A model generated the notes under the pieces. It made no database searches. It worked only from the letters and a program-made list of their open reading frames with translations, and was not told the origin of the DNA. Positions 12,928 to 27,985 of a stretch of DNA of 64,000 bases are shown piece by piece. Positions within the stretch are counted from its first letter, which is position 1; each line of letters starts with the position of its first letter. Source of the DNA: Octopus sinensis (Eukaryota); NCBI RefSeq assembly GCF_006345805.1, contig NC_042998.1, positions 184,636,001 to 184,700,000 of the forward strand, given 5' to 3'. The translations under genes were made by a program, and so were the position numbers.

Positions 12928-14517
12928 TACTGGTAGAACAGTATGAAAGCAAAACTTGTTGGTTAGGATGGTGACTGATTATATATATATATATACACAT
13001 AAATATATGTGTGTGTGTGTGCCTGTGTGCATGTGTATATGCATGTGTGTGCGCGAGCGCCCGTATGCTTTAAACTGAATAACCTCATTACAGACAAAAA
13101 GCATTTAACAATAACATCAAGAATCAATAATTACCTGAATTCAGGTACGGAGGCGTACCTCGTGGATGAACCTGGTCTATGTACCCTAAGAGACCCAGTT
13201 TGATATCTGGGGGTGTTACCGTTTTAAGAAGAAAAGCTATTGGTGAAGATAGCAAATCAAAGCTTTGTCCTGATTTCTTTATAGTTGAGGCAGCAGATCA
13301 CCTGAAATAAAGAATTACATTCTATTACAACAGAATATATTACAAGATAATGTTAATTGCTGAACACATTATTAATAAGTTACAAATGTTGCTGGGTTGT
13401 AAAGATACTGGTGAAACCTAATACATCAATTAACATATCTAGGCCAAATCAGTTTTGTGGTGCTCAAACCCTTCGGGGCAACGTACGTAGGCGAATTCTT
13501 TGTTTAGTAGTAGAAGCTAACAATAATAGTTGTTTAGTCAGCACTGTAGTTTTATTTTTATTGTACCTAACTTCAGTGATGGAGAATTGGACTTTAAGAG
13601 AGTTGAATGTAGGTATTAAGAAGTAAATTGCTTGATTATCTCCCGCTGTATATTGATATAATGATTATTGTTGATGCCAATAACTAACTATGACCCATGA
13701 TGAAAAAAATAAAGTTTTGTTATAAGTGAAAAATGTATATATCTCAATTGAACAAGTAGTTTGTGTGAACTCTGATCCGTAAAGTCATTGACATTGGATT
13801 TAAATGATACTTGAGAAAGACACATATTCAATTAATTATCGTGTCTCTGGGATATTTTATTAGTTCCTAAAGTTTGGAGAGGAAGACGATACAATTATCT
13901 GCCAAGTAAAATTGATTCCATTACCAGGTGTTTTATCCACTTGACAATTCTAATGCTGTTTCCTATGTTTAGTACTCCAAGGTGTAAAGTAATACTCGTA
14001 ACATGTCATGGTACTGTTGAAGAAGAACAGGTATGTATATCGTGCCAGTATGGTTACTAATTTAGTCATGAAAGTATGTACTGCATCTTATTACAAGCTC
14101 CTGGGAGAAATAAAGTTTGAGAGGGAAATAAGAAATAGATGTGTCATGACGTAAAAAGACATCTTAAGTTTGAATGCTGGAGCCAGTGACTCCAATACAG
14201 TAGGTGTCTCGATAGCAACAGTAAAAGTGTAAAATGAGAACTTGCTAGGTGGGAAGATTTTTGTCAAGTAAAAATATATTCATCATAAAGATTCTGTTCC
14301 CATCAGTGCGGTCAAGAGTATTAGTATCTACTTCACAGGCAAAAGCAATATTTCTCAAAGTAGGTAATGAACTTAGTAAAGTCAGTTATTAAAACGAAGG
14401 ATCGATTTGTTGGCACTCTGCCCTTGCTATCTTATTCTGTACGAGTGCAGCTCTTGTCGTCTACTTTGAATGACTCTTATTACTTTGAATTGTTTTAATG
14501 ATTTACAGTAATGATTC

Positions 14518-14812
14518 GTGGAGGCACATGGCCTAGTGGTTAGAGCAGCGGACTCGCGGTCGAGGGATCGCGGGTTCGAATCTCAGACCAGGCTATGTGT
14601 GTTTATGAGCGAAACACCTAAGCTCCACGCGGCTCCGGCAGAAGGTAATGGCGAACTTCTGCTGACTCTTTCGCCACAACTTTCTCTCACTCTTTCCTCC
14701 TGCATCTTGCAGCTCACCTGCGACGGACCGGTGTCCCGTCCAGGCGGGGAACCTGTACGTCAAGTCAACCGGCAAACCGGCCCTTATGAGCCAGGCATGG
14801 CTCGAGAAGGAA
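14518..14812 (+). mobile_element. tRNA-derived SINE, full length
   Basis: Pol III A box TGGCCTAGTGG and B box GGTTCGAATCT in a tRNA-like head; 13-bp TSD ACAGTAATGATTC at 14505-14517 and 14813-14825. Confidence 0.85.
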
Positions 14813-15387
14813 ACAGTAATGATTCAATCCCTTGGAAACAAAATTACCAATATAATATTAAGTTACATGGGTTTCCTTCTTATGATTAGATGACCTCCAC
14901 TTGATCATTTAGAAACTAAGAAGTAAATATGCTATCGTAAGCCTGACATTCAAATTTCCCTATTGCTCATCTGTGCTGCTTTTGAATTATTTTACAATTA
15001 ATTGACATCATTCTGAGAGAAATAATAATACAAAGGCGTCAGAAGTTTCTCAGAGTATTCACAAATATACTTTACGTACGGATTTTAAAAATACACGAGG
15101 AAACCACTGCATGTACGATCGATTTGCTGAGAAACAATTGTTAAATCTCCCATATATTACAGACACTATAATGTCTTGAAGAAAAAAGACAGATATATAT
15201 AGTGGAAAAAAGTAGACGTAAATAAACTATGTCTGAAAAAGTAAATGAACAGTTATGTCAGGAATGATTTTGATCACAAGTCATATATTTTGATATAAGT
15301 TATTAGCATTAATTTCTTTACGTGGAAACGAAGAAAATCATTTTGGAGCGGCTTCATGTTGCGAAAGGTGAAATTTTATTGTCTGCG

Positions 15388-15425
<38 letters not shown>

Positions 15426-18400
15426 AACACACACACACACACTTACGCAGAACTCTCCACTTATCAACATAAACGTACAGGAATTTGAAAAGGAATTTAC
15501 ATTTAAAAAAACTGTTCAAATGTTCAATGTTTCAGAATAAAATGCACATCTATTTTTTTTAAACCAGAAAACAATTCCCAGAGGATCAAGATGGAAATAT
15601 TAAATATCTTAGTGCTGTGTTATTTTAACGGTTGTTTGATAGCTTTATATAATAGATGTCTGTGCTTGTGCGAGAAGCAACAAAGAAATACTACAAACAT
15701 GAAAAGAAAATTGAAATACTTTTGTCTATAGCAACCTTCTATATTAGCAAAATGGTTTCGGTTTTTAATTTTCTAATATTAATGTTTTGTTTTGTTCCGG
15801 TATTACATGAATAATAATTCAATCTATCAATCACTGTATCCATATTTTAGAGAGCCGATAGCTTATCTGTAGATACATGCCTTGCAATATTTTACGTTTC
15901 AAGTTCAAATGATACCGAAGGGGACTTTACCTTTCATCCCCTTATGGTCAATAGAATAAATAGCGGACATGTACCGGTTTAGAGTCACCCTTTACTTACT
16001 GCCAGAAAAAACAACAACAACAACAACAACAATAATAGTATCTTAGAGAAATGGTAGAACATCGAAGCTATTCCTTACATTGTTTAATTTCGACTAATTT
16101 TGATCATTAACCCTATGGTCGAAATTTCTTTGGAGTCAATTTGGTCTTCCCCTCTTCGTGCTAGGTATAATGGTATCTATATTCTACCGGTATCAATGGT
16201 AAACACAACAGGCAAAATCGACCGCATGCTTAGTCGGAATAAAACAATAGTTTTGTTGATAAATTATGATTATGTTCATATAGGTACATTTAATAAACAT
16301 ATACATTCACCTTCAATGTGTAAATAGACTTTGTGGATAAGTTACTGGGCTCTTTCCCTGCACGTCGAGTCTGGAAACAACTCGACCAGTTTCGATTGCT
16401 TATTGCAGTGATATCATGAACGTCTACTCGTGATCGTTTAACAGAGAGTGAAAGCAGCTTACAAAACCTCATCATTATGAATAATAACCGTTACAAATTT
16501 TACTCATTTGTATATCAAAAGATACTACAATGAGAGCCGTGTTGTTTAACCACAGTATCTGTTTTACACAGTGAATATATGTTTATTAATCATAACTTTG
16601 TAAGGATAATGGACTGGTTGACTAATATGAAAGTCGGAAAAAGAAATAAAAAATATGTTTTATTGCGTTTGTTCCGAGCTCATTAAGTTCAAATCTCACC
16701 GAGATCAGCTTTTCATCTATCGATGAAATAAAGTACCAGTCAAATACTAGTCGACTAACTACTTCCATTAAAATTACTGGCCTTGTAAAACAATTACTCA
16801 TACGTATGTACAATTATTGACAATTTATCTACGTACACGCTGGTTCAGTACTCTGAATTATTAGACTCCCTATGGCGGTGCCCTAATTCAAAGAGTCTAC
16901 TGGACATGATGTTTTCTGACTTTGTTTTACAAATACAAAACACATACATTGGTGATGTGTTCGAACTTCTTGCGCCAAGACGATCCAGTCGGGTTGGAAT
17001 AGTAAATTAAAGAATCGCAACAGTCAGTTGGGCAAGTTTTGGTAAATTTGGTCAAGCTTCTTGGCTGAGCGGTTTTGAATGCATATTCTCTTATTTGAAT
17101 TGCATCATGAAAGAGCAAAACATAAACCAATGCTGGAACTTCTATGCGGTCATTCGATTTGTGAGAAAGAACAGCCAAGTCTCCTACGCAATATACTTTA
17201 GCATTTAAAAAAAATGAAGGAAACGTCGACTAAAGAAGGTTCTAATATAATAAAATAGTCGATACTCACAACTGAATACTTTAGACTTTATTGTATAGGG
17301 TACGTTACTTTAAATTGATGAATTTAATATGCGCTATAAATATGAATAATGTATATGTATATAAACGTATACATACATACACATATATATAAATATATAT
17401 ATATAGATAGAAAGATATAGATAGATAGATATGTATATATGCGTAAATATATAAATATACATATATGTGTGTAAAACATATGTATATGTGCGTGTGTGTG
17501 TCTTAATGAAATTCCAATAGAAATGATTGTGATTAGACTTTCATCAATGTAAATAATTGGATAGATAAAAGACGATATCCATTAATGCGTAAAATTAGGT
17601 GAAAACATACATCTCTCTCCAACTTTCTCTTACACACTCTGTCACTTTCAGTTTCATTTTCGCTTCTTCTCTCTCGTCCACACAAAAACACATACAAATT
17701 GACACGCAAAGATACAAATGTATCCAAACATTGCAAAGACAAACATATATACTATAATATACATAGACACACACACAAACATATAGACACCTGTCTACAC
17801 ACAGACGCTTACTAAGAAATTGATGAGCTGGAATAGGAACATAGTCCTAATTATCGAACAGACATATACGTTTCGAAAGGAATATACCCATATATATGAA
17901 GGTAACACAAGCATATATGCATATATACCACCATAAGTACACAACCAGCTCACGTACATCAATCAACTACACCGTTTTAAAATCCGTCACAAAATATAAG
18001 GAGATTTTGGCAGGGTCTTTCAAAATCTTTCCTGAAGTTTGTACACATACATACATACATACATACATACATACATACATACATACATACATACATACAT
18101 ACATACATACACAACACATCCACAGCCACTCATATATTTGGGAGGATAATATAAAAACGAAATATTTGTGCGTGCGTATGCCTTTCTATATGTGTGTGTC
18201 TGTCTATATACATATATATGTATGTTTGTGCCTATATTCGCATCCATATGCGTATGTATGCTTCTATATATTTATATACACATTATATATGTGTGTATAC
18301 ATGTATTCATGCGCATGTATGTAGGTAACAGTATCTATTTAACCCGATATAATACATATCTGTAACAGTTTCTTTTTCAGTAACTGAAAGGATAGAAACA

Positions 18401-18733
18401 GTAATCAAAGAAACAGCAACAACAAGAACAACAACAACAACATGTCGAACATAATTCAGTAAGTGTTTAATTGCTAAGGATGTTTGTTGGCAAAATGTTC
18501 TTTTATATATTATTTTCCGTTCATTAGTTTGCATCCTAATGAATTAAACCCTTCATGCGCGAGTAAACAATTCATATAAAATAAGATATACTTGCACAGA
18601 TTACTACACATTTTAAATAGTTGATATGCCGACCACACACACGCATTAACACTACTGTGTCAGAGTGTGAGTGTGTGTATAGTCATGCATATATATCGCG
18701 CGCGCGTGTGTGTGTGTGTGTGTGTATACATAT

Positions 18734-19300
18734 AGGATACAAAGCAAACAGAGTGAAGACATGGTACAAAGCCGACAAATATCAAAGCATGAAGTTTGTA
18801 GAGGCCACAGCCCATGGAAAACAAGCCCAAAGATTTAGGAAAGCTCTGAAGGAGACCAAACTCAACATTAAGATTGCTGGAAAGCCAGGGAGCTCCATAA
18901 GGTCACAGTTATGTAGGATGTACCCCTTTGAGAATACCACATGCACCAATGAAAACTGAATGGTATGTAAAAGTAACCCTGATATTAACTGTAGAACTAG
19001 AAATGTAGTATGCAGCATAATGTGCATAAAGGGTGCTTCTGAAGACAAGAACAAGACATACATTGGTGAGACATCTAGAAACATTGAGGAAAAATTAAAT
19101 GTACATTTGAGACAATATGACGACAAAAACAGTTCTCCATACTCTACCAACATGCCAAAGACCAACATGGAGACACACTGGGTCGACTTGACATCCACAT
19201 TCTATCCAAGCACCCGAAGGACCCAACACTCAGACAAATACAGGAGTAAATCCTCGTAAATGAAACATACCCCATACTAAATAGGAGATATAAATTGAAG
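18734..19300 (+). pseudogene. Penelope-like element C-terminal fragment: Cys-rich linker and GIY-YIG endonuclease
   Basis: WYK...FVEATAHG...PF..TTCTNEN*MVC...NCRTRNVVCSIMC...YIGETSR...VH; after a frameshift, DPTLRQIQE*ILVNETYPILN. Confidence 0.8.
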
Positions 19301-19807
19301 GCAGTGATGTCCCACTACACATAGTTTTTACATACACAGGTAGATTTGTAAGTAGGATGTTATGTAGGCGAATATATATAAGTAGGTGAATGGATATGTG
19401 GGCAAACAGATATATAAATAGATAGATAGGGATATAGGCAATATGGACAGACAAGCACACATACACACATACACAAAAGGAGACGGAAACACATGACCAT
19501 ATACACACACGCACACTTCACACACACACACTCCATACACATACACAAGGACATACCTGGAGATACACATCCATACATAACAAACGCATCTATATAGTCA
19601 CACAAACCCATGCGTATAGACACACTCAGACAAGGAGACAGAGGTGCACACACGAACACACACACACACACACACATACACACACACACACTCACACACA
19701 CACACGTAAAAGCACACAACCATGCACACACAAACACATAAATATGCAGAATACATACATACAAATGTACACACACTCATGCATACATACATACATACAT
19801 ACATACA

Positions 19808-19838
<31 letters not shown>

Positions 19839-21581
19839 GTGTATACACATGCACACTGACGCACACGCATGCAAACAAACAAACAAACAATCAAAAAGAA
19901 CGCAGCTTCGATAACGGAGAAAGTCACCAACTATTGAAGAGGTTGCCAGAAACAACGAAAATTTTAGGAAAGAAAAATGATAAATGAGTGGAAATTGAAC
20001 CGGCGAATGTGTTAATTAATAAGATATTAAAGCATAATGATACTCCAAATAGTGCAGTACGTTTACAATGGCAATGAAGCACTAATTCAAGATATGACTA
20101 AATACCCACGATAGTTTTCGGCTTTGATATAATGTGCTCTTGGTGAATTTATATTCTGACGAGGGGAGATGGGATACCGGTCGGCAATGAAATTTGAAAA
20201 CTAGCTAAAACATATATAATACACTTTAAGAATAAAGAGGTGACGATGTATTGAAAAGAATGGTAGAATTACAACATTGGAAATCTAGAAAGAATTGAGT
20301 TGTTGTTTGCGAGACAGGTCTTCCGGATTTAATGGCCAGCTTTCTCACCCTTATACATCGTAGTTGCTGCTATCAATTTATGTATCTAATAGCGGAAAGC
20401 AACATCAGTATCAGATACGAAAGGAGCGGTTGAGTTGTTAAAATATATTTATAAACGGAAAATGTTTATTAAAAAAAAAAATGACTACAGGTACTAAATA
20501 AGTTTAGAACTAAATTTCCGCTAAATAACGAACATAATATTTTGTCTCAAGTGTTTATAGATTGTTGACATTTAGTAAATGTTTGGGTGTGTAGATGCCT
20601 TAAAAAGAAATCACAGCTATATGAAGTAATCTTAACCTAAAGCGAAACATACTTTGCAGGATTGGGACTTTTCTTAAGCAAGGAATTTAAAGTGCTTTGA
20701 TAGAGGGTGGCAATTAATATTTAAGCATAATACCTTTAAGAAAATTTGTTCTGCTTATCTTTAGGCATTGTTTCTACCACGGGAGCTGACTATTTTAAAA
20801 GGAAGTTATTGGCAAAATACGCACACAAATGTTGTGCGTTGCGTATAAATATTTATATGTATACCTTTGTGTGCTATCATTTTACTGGCTAGCATGGGTT
20901 GGACGAGTCGTCAACGTCCGAATAGGTTCTTATTCAGGGTTATTGCCCTTCTGGTTATTGTCGGGGTACCGCGTAACCTCGTTACATTTTGTTTATGGTT
21001 TAGTACTGTAGAAGAATGTCTTGAATTTTGATTCCTGGTCGAAATCTTTCCACTTCTTTGGCTCTGTAAATGCTATTTAGAAATGCGACTTCCATTTTTT
21101 CCCCACTCTCCCACCCGGCATAAGACCTTGCTTTTAAAAGGAACATTAAAAATTGTAATAAATCTTTATATCTAGCTGAGAACGATGAAATAGTTTAAGA
21201 GTAGATCTTTAAATAGCGAATACAACATCGCTTCACTGCTGATTGTATTTTCATAAACATTTAATCTCTAGTTATATAAGCCACTGACTGTTGTTGTTGG
21301 TAGTTGTGAAAATATCACGGACTTGTTGACTAAAGACAATGAAGTGACAAAATGCGAACTGCATTGAGACAGTGTCACAACGAGAGAGATTTAGGCTTCT
21401 CAGTGCAATTGTGAATGGTTGGTTTCACAAAGCAATCCGTTCTGGTGCGATTCACAGAGTTCAGAGTCAAGATCAATTGACACTCTTACTTTGATGTTCA
21501 TTCCTTCAATTTATTTCTAGCTGTTGCTTAATCTAGGTTGGTTTGAATGTTTGTTTGCATTCAGATTGGTCTGTTTATTTG

Positions 21582-21584
<3 letters not shown>

Positions 21585-21669
<85 letters not shown>

Positions 21670-21686
21670 TTCTTTGCTTCCTTCCT

Positions 21687-21718
<32 letters not shown>

Positions 21719-22231
21719 TTCTTTCTTTCTTTCTTCTTCCTTCTTTCTTTCTTTCTTCCTTTCTTTCTTTTCTTTCTTTCTTTCTTTCTTTCTTTCTTTC
21801 CTTCTTTCTCTCTTTTCTTTCTTTCTCCCTCTCTCATTGTCTCTCTCTCCCATTGTCTTCATTTCTCTATGCATGCATGCATGTATATATGTATGCATGT
21901 ATGTATGTATGTATGTATGTATGTATGTATGTATGTATGTATGTAGTATATATGTATGTATGTATGTACGTATGCATGTATGTACGTATGTATGTGTGGA
22001 TATATGTGTGTATGTGTGTGTATGTATGAATGTCTGTATGTGTGTATGTATGTATATATGTGTGTACGTATGTATGTGTGTATATATGTATGTGTGTGGT
22101 ATGTATGTATGAATGTGTGTATGTGTGTATGTATGTATGTATGGATGGATGGATGCATGTACGTATGTATGTATGCAAGTGTGTATATATATGTGTGTGT
22201 ATGCGTGTGTGTATGTATGTATGAATGTGTG

Positions 22232-22263
<32 letters not shown>

Positions 22264-22362
22264 CATGTATGTATGCATGTATGTATGTATGTATGTATGC
22301 ATGTATGTATGTATGTACATGTGCGTGCGTATACGTATACGCACATATATATATATATATAC
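21585..22362. repeat. (CTTT)n followed by compound (TATG)n/(TG)n
   Basis: Directly visible; source of several spurious ORFs. Confidence 0.95.
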
Positions 22363-22658
22363 TAGTATAGTTTTCAGGAACCATTGACATATGTACACAT
22401 ATATGTTTGAAATACATTTTTTTAAAACCAAAATAATGCAAGTTATAAAAATTAATAATACAAGCCGTTAGTATTGCTACCTGATATTTGGATATTATAG
22501 AGTCAGGTCTTCTACTTCAGGAAATTTTCAGAGAAAAGCTATCGACACCTTTTCTCCGTAAATTACTTGAAAATGAAGCAGGTAACCTTACTAATCATCG
22601 CTCTGTATTATTAATTTTTACGATTTTCATTGTATTGGCTAAGAAAAAACAGTATTTA

Positions 22659-22706
<48 letters not shown>

Positions 22707-22818
22707 GCACGTAGATGCATATATACATAAACATATATAAATATGTATTATATGCCTATATGTTTATTTGCATATATTTATATATGTATGTATGTATGTG
22801 TGTTTGTATGTATGTATG

Positions 22819-22918
22819 NNNNNNNNNNNNNNNNNNNNNNNNNNNNNNNNNNNNNNNNNNNNNNNNNNNNNNNNNNNNNNNNNNNNNNNNNNNNNNNNNN
22901 NNNNNNNNNNNNNNNNNN
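22819..22918. other. Assembly gap (100 N)
   Basis: Run of N. Confidence 1.
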
Positions 22919-23311
22919 GAGGACAGTGTTGAAGATAATACCGTAAAGTAAGTGACGTAGGCGCCCCGAGGTAAGCTATCTCCTTAAATTGGAATCGCAG
23001 TAATTAAGGTTTTATTTAAATATTGCGGTTTGTTATTGCCATGATTATCAGTTGTTACTTTTTTTAATAACATAGAATGTACGTACGCATACACATAGTT
23101 ATGTGTGTGTATGTGTGTGTATATATATACATACACATACGATATAATACACACCCACATAACACACACATATATACATATATACACGCACATATGCATA
23201 TATGCACATACAGACATATACACACGAAAGGTAAGAGCACTCAGTGCAAAAATAGAGTTTGTGTTGTGTGTATACGTTATATATATATATATATATATAA
23301 TATATATATAT

Positions 23312-23511
23312 AAAGTTAATCCAAACAAGAAAAACAAAAAGACAACAACGCAAGGATGTGAACAAATAAAGTATTATTGGACGCTCAGGAAAGAAGGGAA
23401 GAAGGAGGGTTTGACGTTTCGAGCGGAGCTCTTCGTCGGAAACATAGGAGAAGGAAAGATCCCGAGAAGGAAGACAGAGGGAAAAAATCGCTAGTGATAC
23501 AGGCGAGGTCA

Positions 23512-23514
<3 letters not shown>
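23312..23514 (-). mobile_element. Solo HHR-bearing element, family C, between (TA)n tracts
   Basis: TA runs on both sides; shares cgctcagga and the HHR motif with 32671-32892 and, degenerately, 44990-45156. Confidence 0.7.
23409..23443 (-). ncRNA. Minimal hammerhead motif (C4 variant)
   Basis: Reverse complement reads gttt CCGACGA a gagc-tcc-gctc GAAAC GTC aaac. Confidence 0.7.
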
Positions 23515-23550
<36 letters not shown>

Positions 23551-23658
23551 AGTATGTATGTATGTATGTATGTATGTATATAATAAAAAGAAACAACAAA
23601 AAATGAGACCTCGATATATATGTTATAATGTAGAACAAACAATAAAAGGTTGTCATTA

Positions 23659-23715
23659 TAGTACTCAGAGTTTCAAATGTCAGAGCAAAGAGCTACGGTA
23701 CAATCTCGTCGGCTA
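23659..23715 (-). ncRNA. Possible degenerate hammerhead
   Basis: Reverse complement reads tag CCGACGA [31 nt, weak stem II] GAA ACTC t GAGT A cta. Confidence 0.4.
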
Positions 23716-25666
23716 ATACTTTTACTGTTTGTTTTAAATTATAACACACACACACACACTCACACACACACTTATATGTATATATTAGTCATTACTTTCT
23801 TACTCTAGTTTCACATAAGTGAATTACAAAGGTGTCCAACTAAGGGAACCTCTTAAGTAAATATGTTCCTGTGTGTAGATTCGTAGCTTATCAACTAAAA
23901 TATGGAAAATCTTACTCGCCTAAGCTTTCCGTTCATGCAGAATGAAGTTGTGTACCACAACATTTTCCGGTTATAATTTCTTTCCGTGGTATTTTGGACG
24001 TGATTATAACTAATCTTACTTCTCCTTAAATCTGCTCTGGATAAAGGTATCGTAGTATTACGAGACCGAAGCGTCAAAATCTCTTTATTCGGAGACAGGT
24101 TAGAGATTTTTTTCAGCTGGCCCCCTTAACCAGATTCCTGAACATTGTGGATGGATGGCAAAAAGCTATAATATAGATTAAAACTGACTATGCGACAAAA
24201 TAATTCTACTGTACGACAGATGTTGACTTTAGATTTCACGGGTATCAATGGAAAACATCTTATATGTACGTATTTTTCAATAAAGACTGTTTTTAAGAAA
24301 ATCGTATAGCGAAAAGTATAGTTAAATGAATATTGTAAACCGTATTTACGATTAGATTTCGATTTTCGATTCCAGTCGGTTTGATCTACCTAGTAATTGA
24401 CAGCAGACTTTCAATAGAGTTCAGAGCCAGTACTGAAAGTTTCGACGTTTCGCATACGAATACGTCTATGTAAGCAATGCGATCGAAGATTGAAAAAAAA
24501 AAAAGAGTAATGGGTGAATATGCATATCTCAAGGGTTGTTGCTCCTTCTTCAGCACCACATAAAACCCATTAACTCTCCACGAACACATTACTTAAAAAC
24601 TTACTGTGTTTAGGGGTGATACCCTACAGGATAGACCAATTTACATATTGAACACATTTCAGTACATAAATATTGATTGGTAGCAAGGAAACAGGATGGT
24701 TGCAGATAAAGCTATAAATAATAGCGTGTAAATATTGGGTCTAACAACACCAGTGCGATTGTACAAATTTCTGGTGTTTAACGTAAAACCAAGGTACGAA
24801 AGTTACTATATATAGAACTATATACGTATATAGATACATATGCATACATATTACATACATACGTATATGCGTGCATGTGTGTGTATATGTATACATACAT
24901 ACATACATACATATGTATATATATAATATATATATATTATATATATATATATATATATAAATGCGTGTGTGGGTGGGTGTGGATATAAAAATATAAAGAC
25001 CTATACTCAAATAATCATTGTCTGATCGTCAATTTTGTATAATCATGTAAATGATTTTACACTGCGGTTTATATTTGTTTATATTATATATTATAAAAAT
25101 TAACCTTTACCTGCTAATGAAATTTTAAATAACAATGAAACTGGACCGTTTGATCCTCATCCAAAGCTGTCGATAATTTTCATGTGTGCATAATTTTGTA
25201 GCTAGACCAAACATGTAAGGATACGAATCTGTACATTCGGGAAAACCGAGTCTCCCCCTGGATCGCAATGAAATTTCGCCATTTTTCTTTTGTATCATAT
25301 TTTTCATACAATATTATTTTCATTGAAATGAAAATAATATTGACTTAGAGTGGCGTGCTAGTAAACACCTACCGAACCATGTGCTGGTTCTCGGATTTCT
25401 GGCGAAAGGTGTTTGATTTTACTTATGAAACTAAAGTGTTTCCAAAAACATTAATTTTACATATTCTAATTTTACAATCATTGTATATTTTATATCTTCT
25501 TGTGAAAGAAATAAACAATCTATTCCCATTCTGCCATTCCCATTGCCGCGAGTTGAGGATACATGCATTAAGGTAACACTTTCTTTTCTAGGGCGAACAC
25601 GAAACCGAAGCGAAAGTTGTTAAGAAAAATGGTGATCGGAACCATGGTGCTTCTATTATTCCAAGG

Positions 25667-25944
25667 CAAGCTGGCAGAAACGTTAGCGCGCCGGGCAAAA
25701 TGCTTTGCGGTATTTCGTCTGTCATTATGTTCTGAGTTCAAATTCCGCCGAGGTCGACTTTGCCTTTCATCCTTTCAGAGTCGATAAATAAAGTACCAGT
25801 TACGCACTGGGGTCGATGTAATCGACTTAATCCCTTTGTCTGTCCATGTTTGTCCCCTCTATGTTTAGCCCCTTGTGGGCAGTACCTTTGTCTGTCCATG
25901 TTTGTCCCCTCTATGTTTAGCCCCTTGAAGGCAGTAAAGAAATA
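25667..25944 (+). mobile_element. SINE family 1 with an internal ~50-bp tandem duplication in the tail
   Basis: Family consensus; 13-bp TSD TATTATTCCAAGG at 25654-25666 and 25945-25957. Confidence 0.9.
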
Positions 25945-26761
25945 TATTATTCCAAGGAGTTTAGTTATGTAAGAAAACAGAAATAACAGTGAGTGTACAT
26001 CGAAACACATTTACAGATTCAGCTTGCCAAGACTTTGTATACTATTTCTTGGCGGCCATCATTTACAGATAAATAAAACAACTACGAAAAATTGACCGTA
26101 ATGATACACTGACATAATGATCGTGAAGTATATGACGATCTTACTTGTCAAAAGTCTTCAAAGTTGTGTCATTTGTTACATAATATATCGATCGAGTAGA
26201 ACATTAGCTGTTAGGAAAAATAACGAAGAATTACATCGGTCAGTTACATCAGTATTGGTTTAATTAAAAACTTTTTACGTAACAACAAACTGTTAGTTTT
26301 GATGTTGGTTTTGATACAACTCTACTAGTTAGAGCGTGTTTGTGTGTATGTACCATTGTATTAAATTAACAATAGACACGGCAACCACTCACGACATTTA
26401 TCAACGACAACGACAGCAATAGTAACAACAACAATATCAATAATAATAATAAAAAGCAACAACAAGTCAACATAAAACAGAAAACTGGTAATTATATTGT
26501 AGACTTAATAGAAATAGTTGTTAACATTTTTAACACAAAGCCTCAAGTTGATTAAACATAATTAAATTACTTCAGTTGACATGACTTAAGCGACAAAGTA
26601 ACTCCAAACACACACACACACAGACACACACACACATGCACACACAAGTATACATACACACACACATACATGCTCATACTTACACACGCGCACACACATT
26701 ACTGGTTCCACAAATGGCTGTGGCCTTGATGGGATGAGAAACTCATCAAAATAGCTACCCG

Positions 26762-26890
<129 letters not shown>

Positions 26891-27985
26891 ATGTATGTAT
26901 GTATGTATGTATGTATGTCTGTTAAAAAAATATTTATCGTTTTTTTTTCTCTTTTTACGATCCCTTTTGATCGAAAACCTACCCCACTTTTTACTCTTTC
27001 TTTTTCTTTTTCTTTTTCGTCTCTCCCCCAAAAGAAAAAGCTCTACTTTGTAATTTGTCCCCTCTGTGTTCAAAAACATATATATATATATATATATATT
27101 TTTCCTATGTATTGCAAGATTAATAACCTGGTGTAGAACTCACTAAACGTATACTTGAGAACGAAGTGTTAACCGAGTATAGAGCGGTAATATGAAAGAG
27201 AGATGACAAAAGAATAAACGATTGTCTCATGAACTTCATTAGCGTACAGCTATTTCTGTTACAGGTTGCAGTGGACTCATAATTGAGTGCCTGAATAAGG
27301 CGCAGCTTCATCGCAGCCTCGAATATGAAGCGCAATTTATTTGGGAAAGAATTACATGTGTGTACACACACATACACATGTATATATGTGTCGTTGTTGT
27401 TGTTAATCTGAGTTTATTTTTCTTTTATCTCAATAATCTTACATAAACCAAGAATTATGTGAATCACTACATTTAAATCCATATTGCGTCTGGTCTACTG
27501 TCCTATATAGGTGTGATTTAGTTTTCGATTAATATGAAATTATTAGAGATTAAGACAGCTGTTGATACCGCAATGATATAAATTTATCCATTTTCCTTTT
27601 ACCAAAGAAAATAATCCCTTTGCTTGGTGCTTATTTTCGGTGTCTGTTGTGTAATGTGAATGAGATATAAATCTCTTATAGCATAGGATCTATTGCATAT
27701 AGCTTTTTTCACGACAGGTACAGGACTTTAAATTTCAAACCATCACTTGAAAAATTCAACGTTACACTTCTCACTGAGAATTATATTGGTCTCAAAATTT
27801 TGGCACAAGGCCATCAAAATCCGATTCTGAAAGGTTGAAAGGGGTGGTCGACATCGACCGGAATTTGAACGTCCAGCTTGCTTACGATCCTGTCAGCTCG
27901 CCGCCATATCAATGGTGTATCATATTACTGGCAGCACATCCTCAGAGTTAGATGACGTACATAGTAGTATTCACGTTGATTTCTC

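Noticed and set aside
14150-14260. Minus-strand YCIGVTGSSIQT, resembling a GIY-YIG motif
   Set aside because: A single weak motif without supporting context
14518-14592. tRNA gene
   Set aside because: The tRNA-like head continues into a SINE body enclosed by a 13-bp TSD, and the cloverleaf is imperfect
16927-17178. 83-aa non-repetitive ORF
   Set aside because: No recognisable motif; this length is expected by chance
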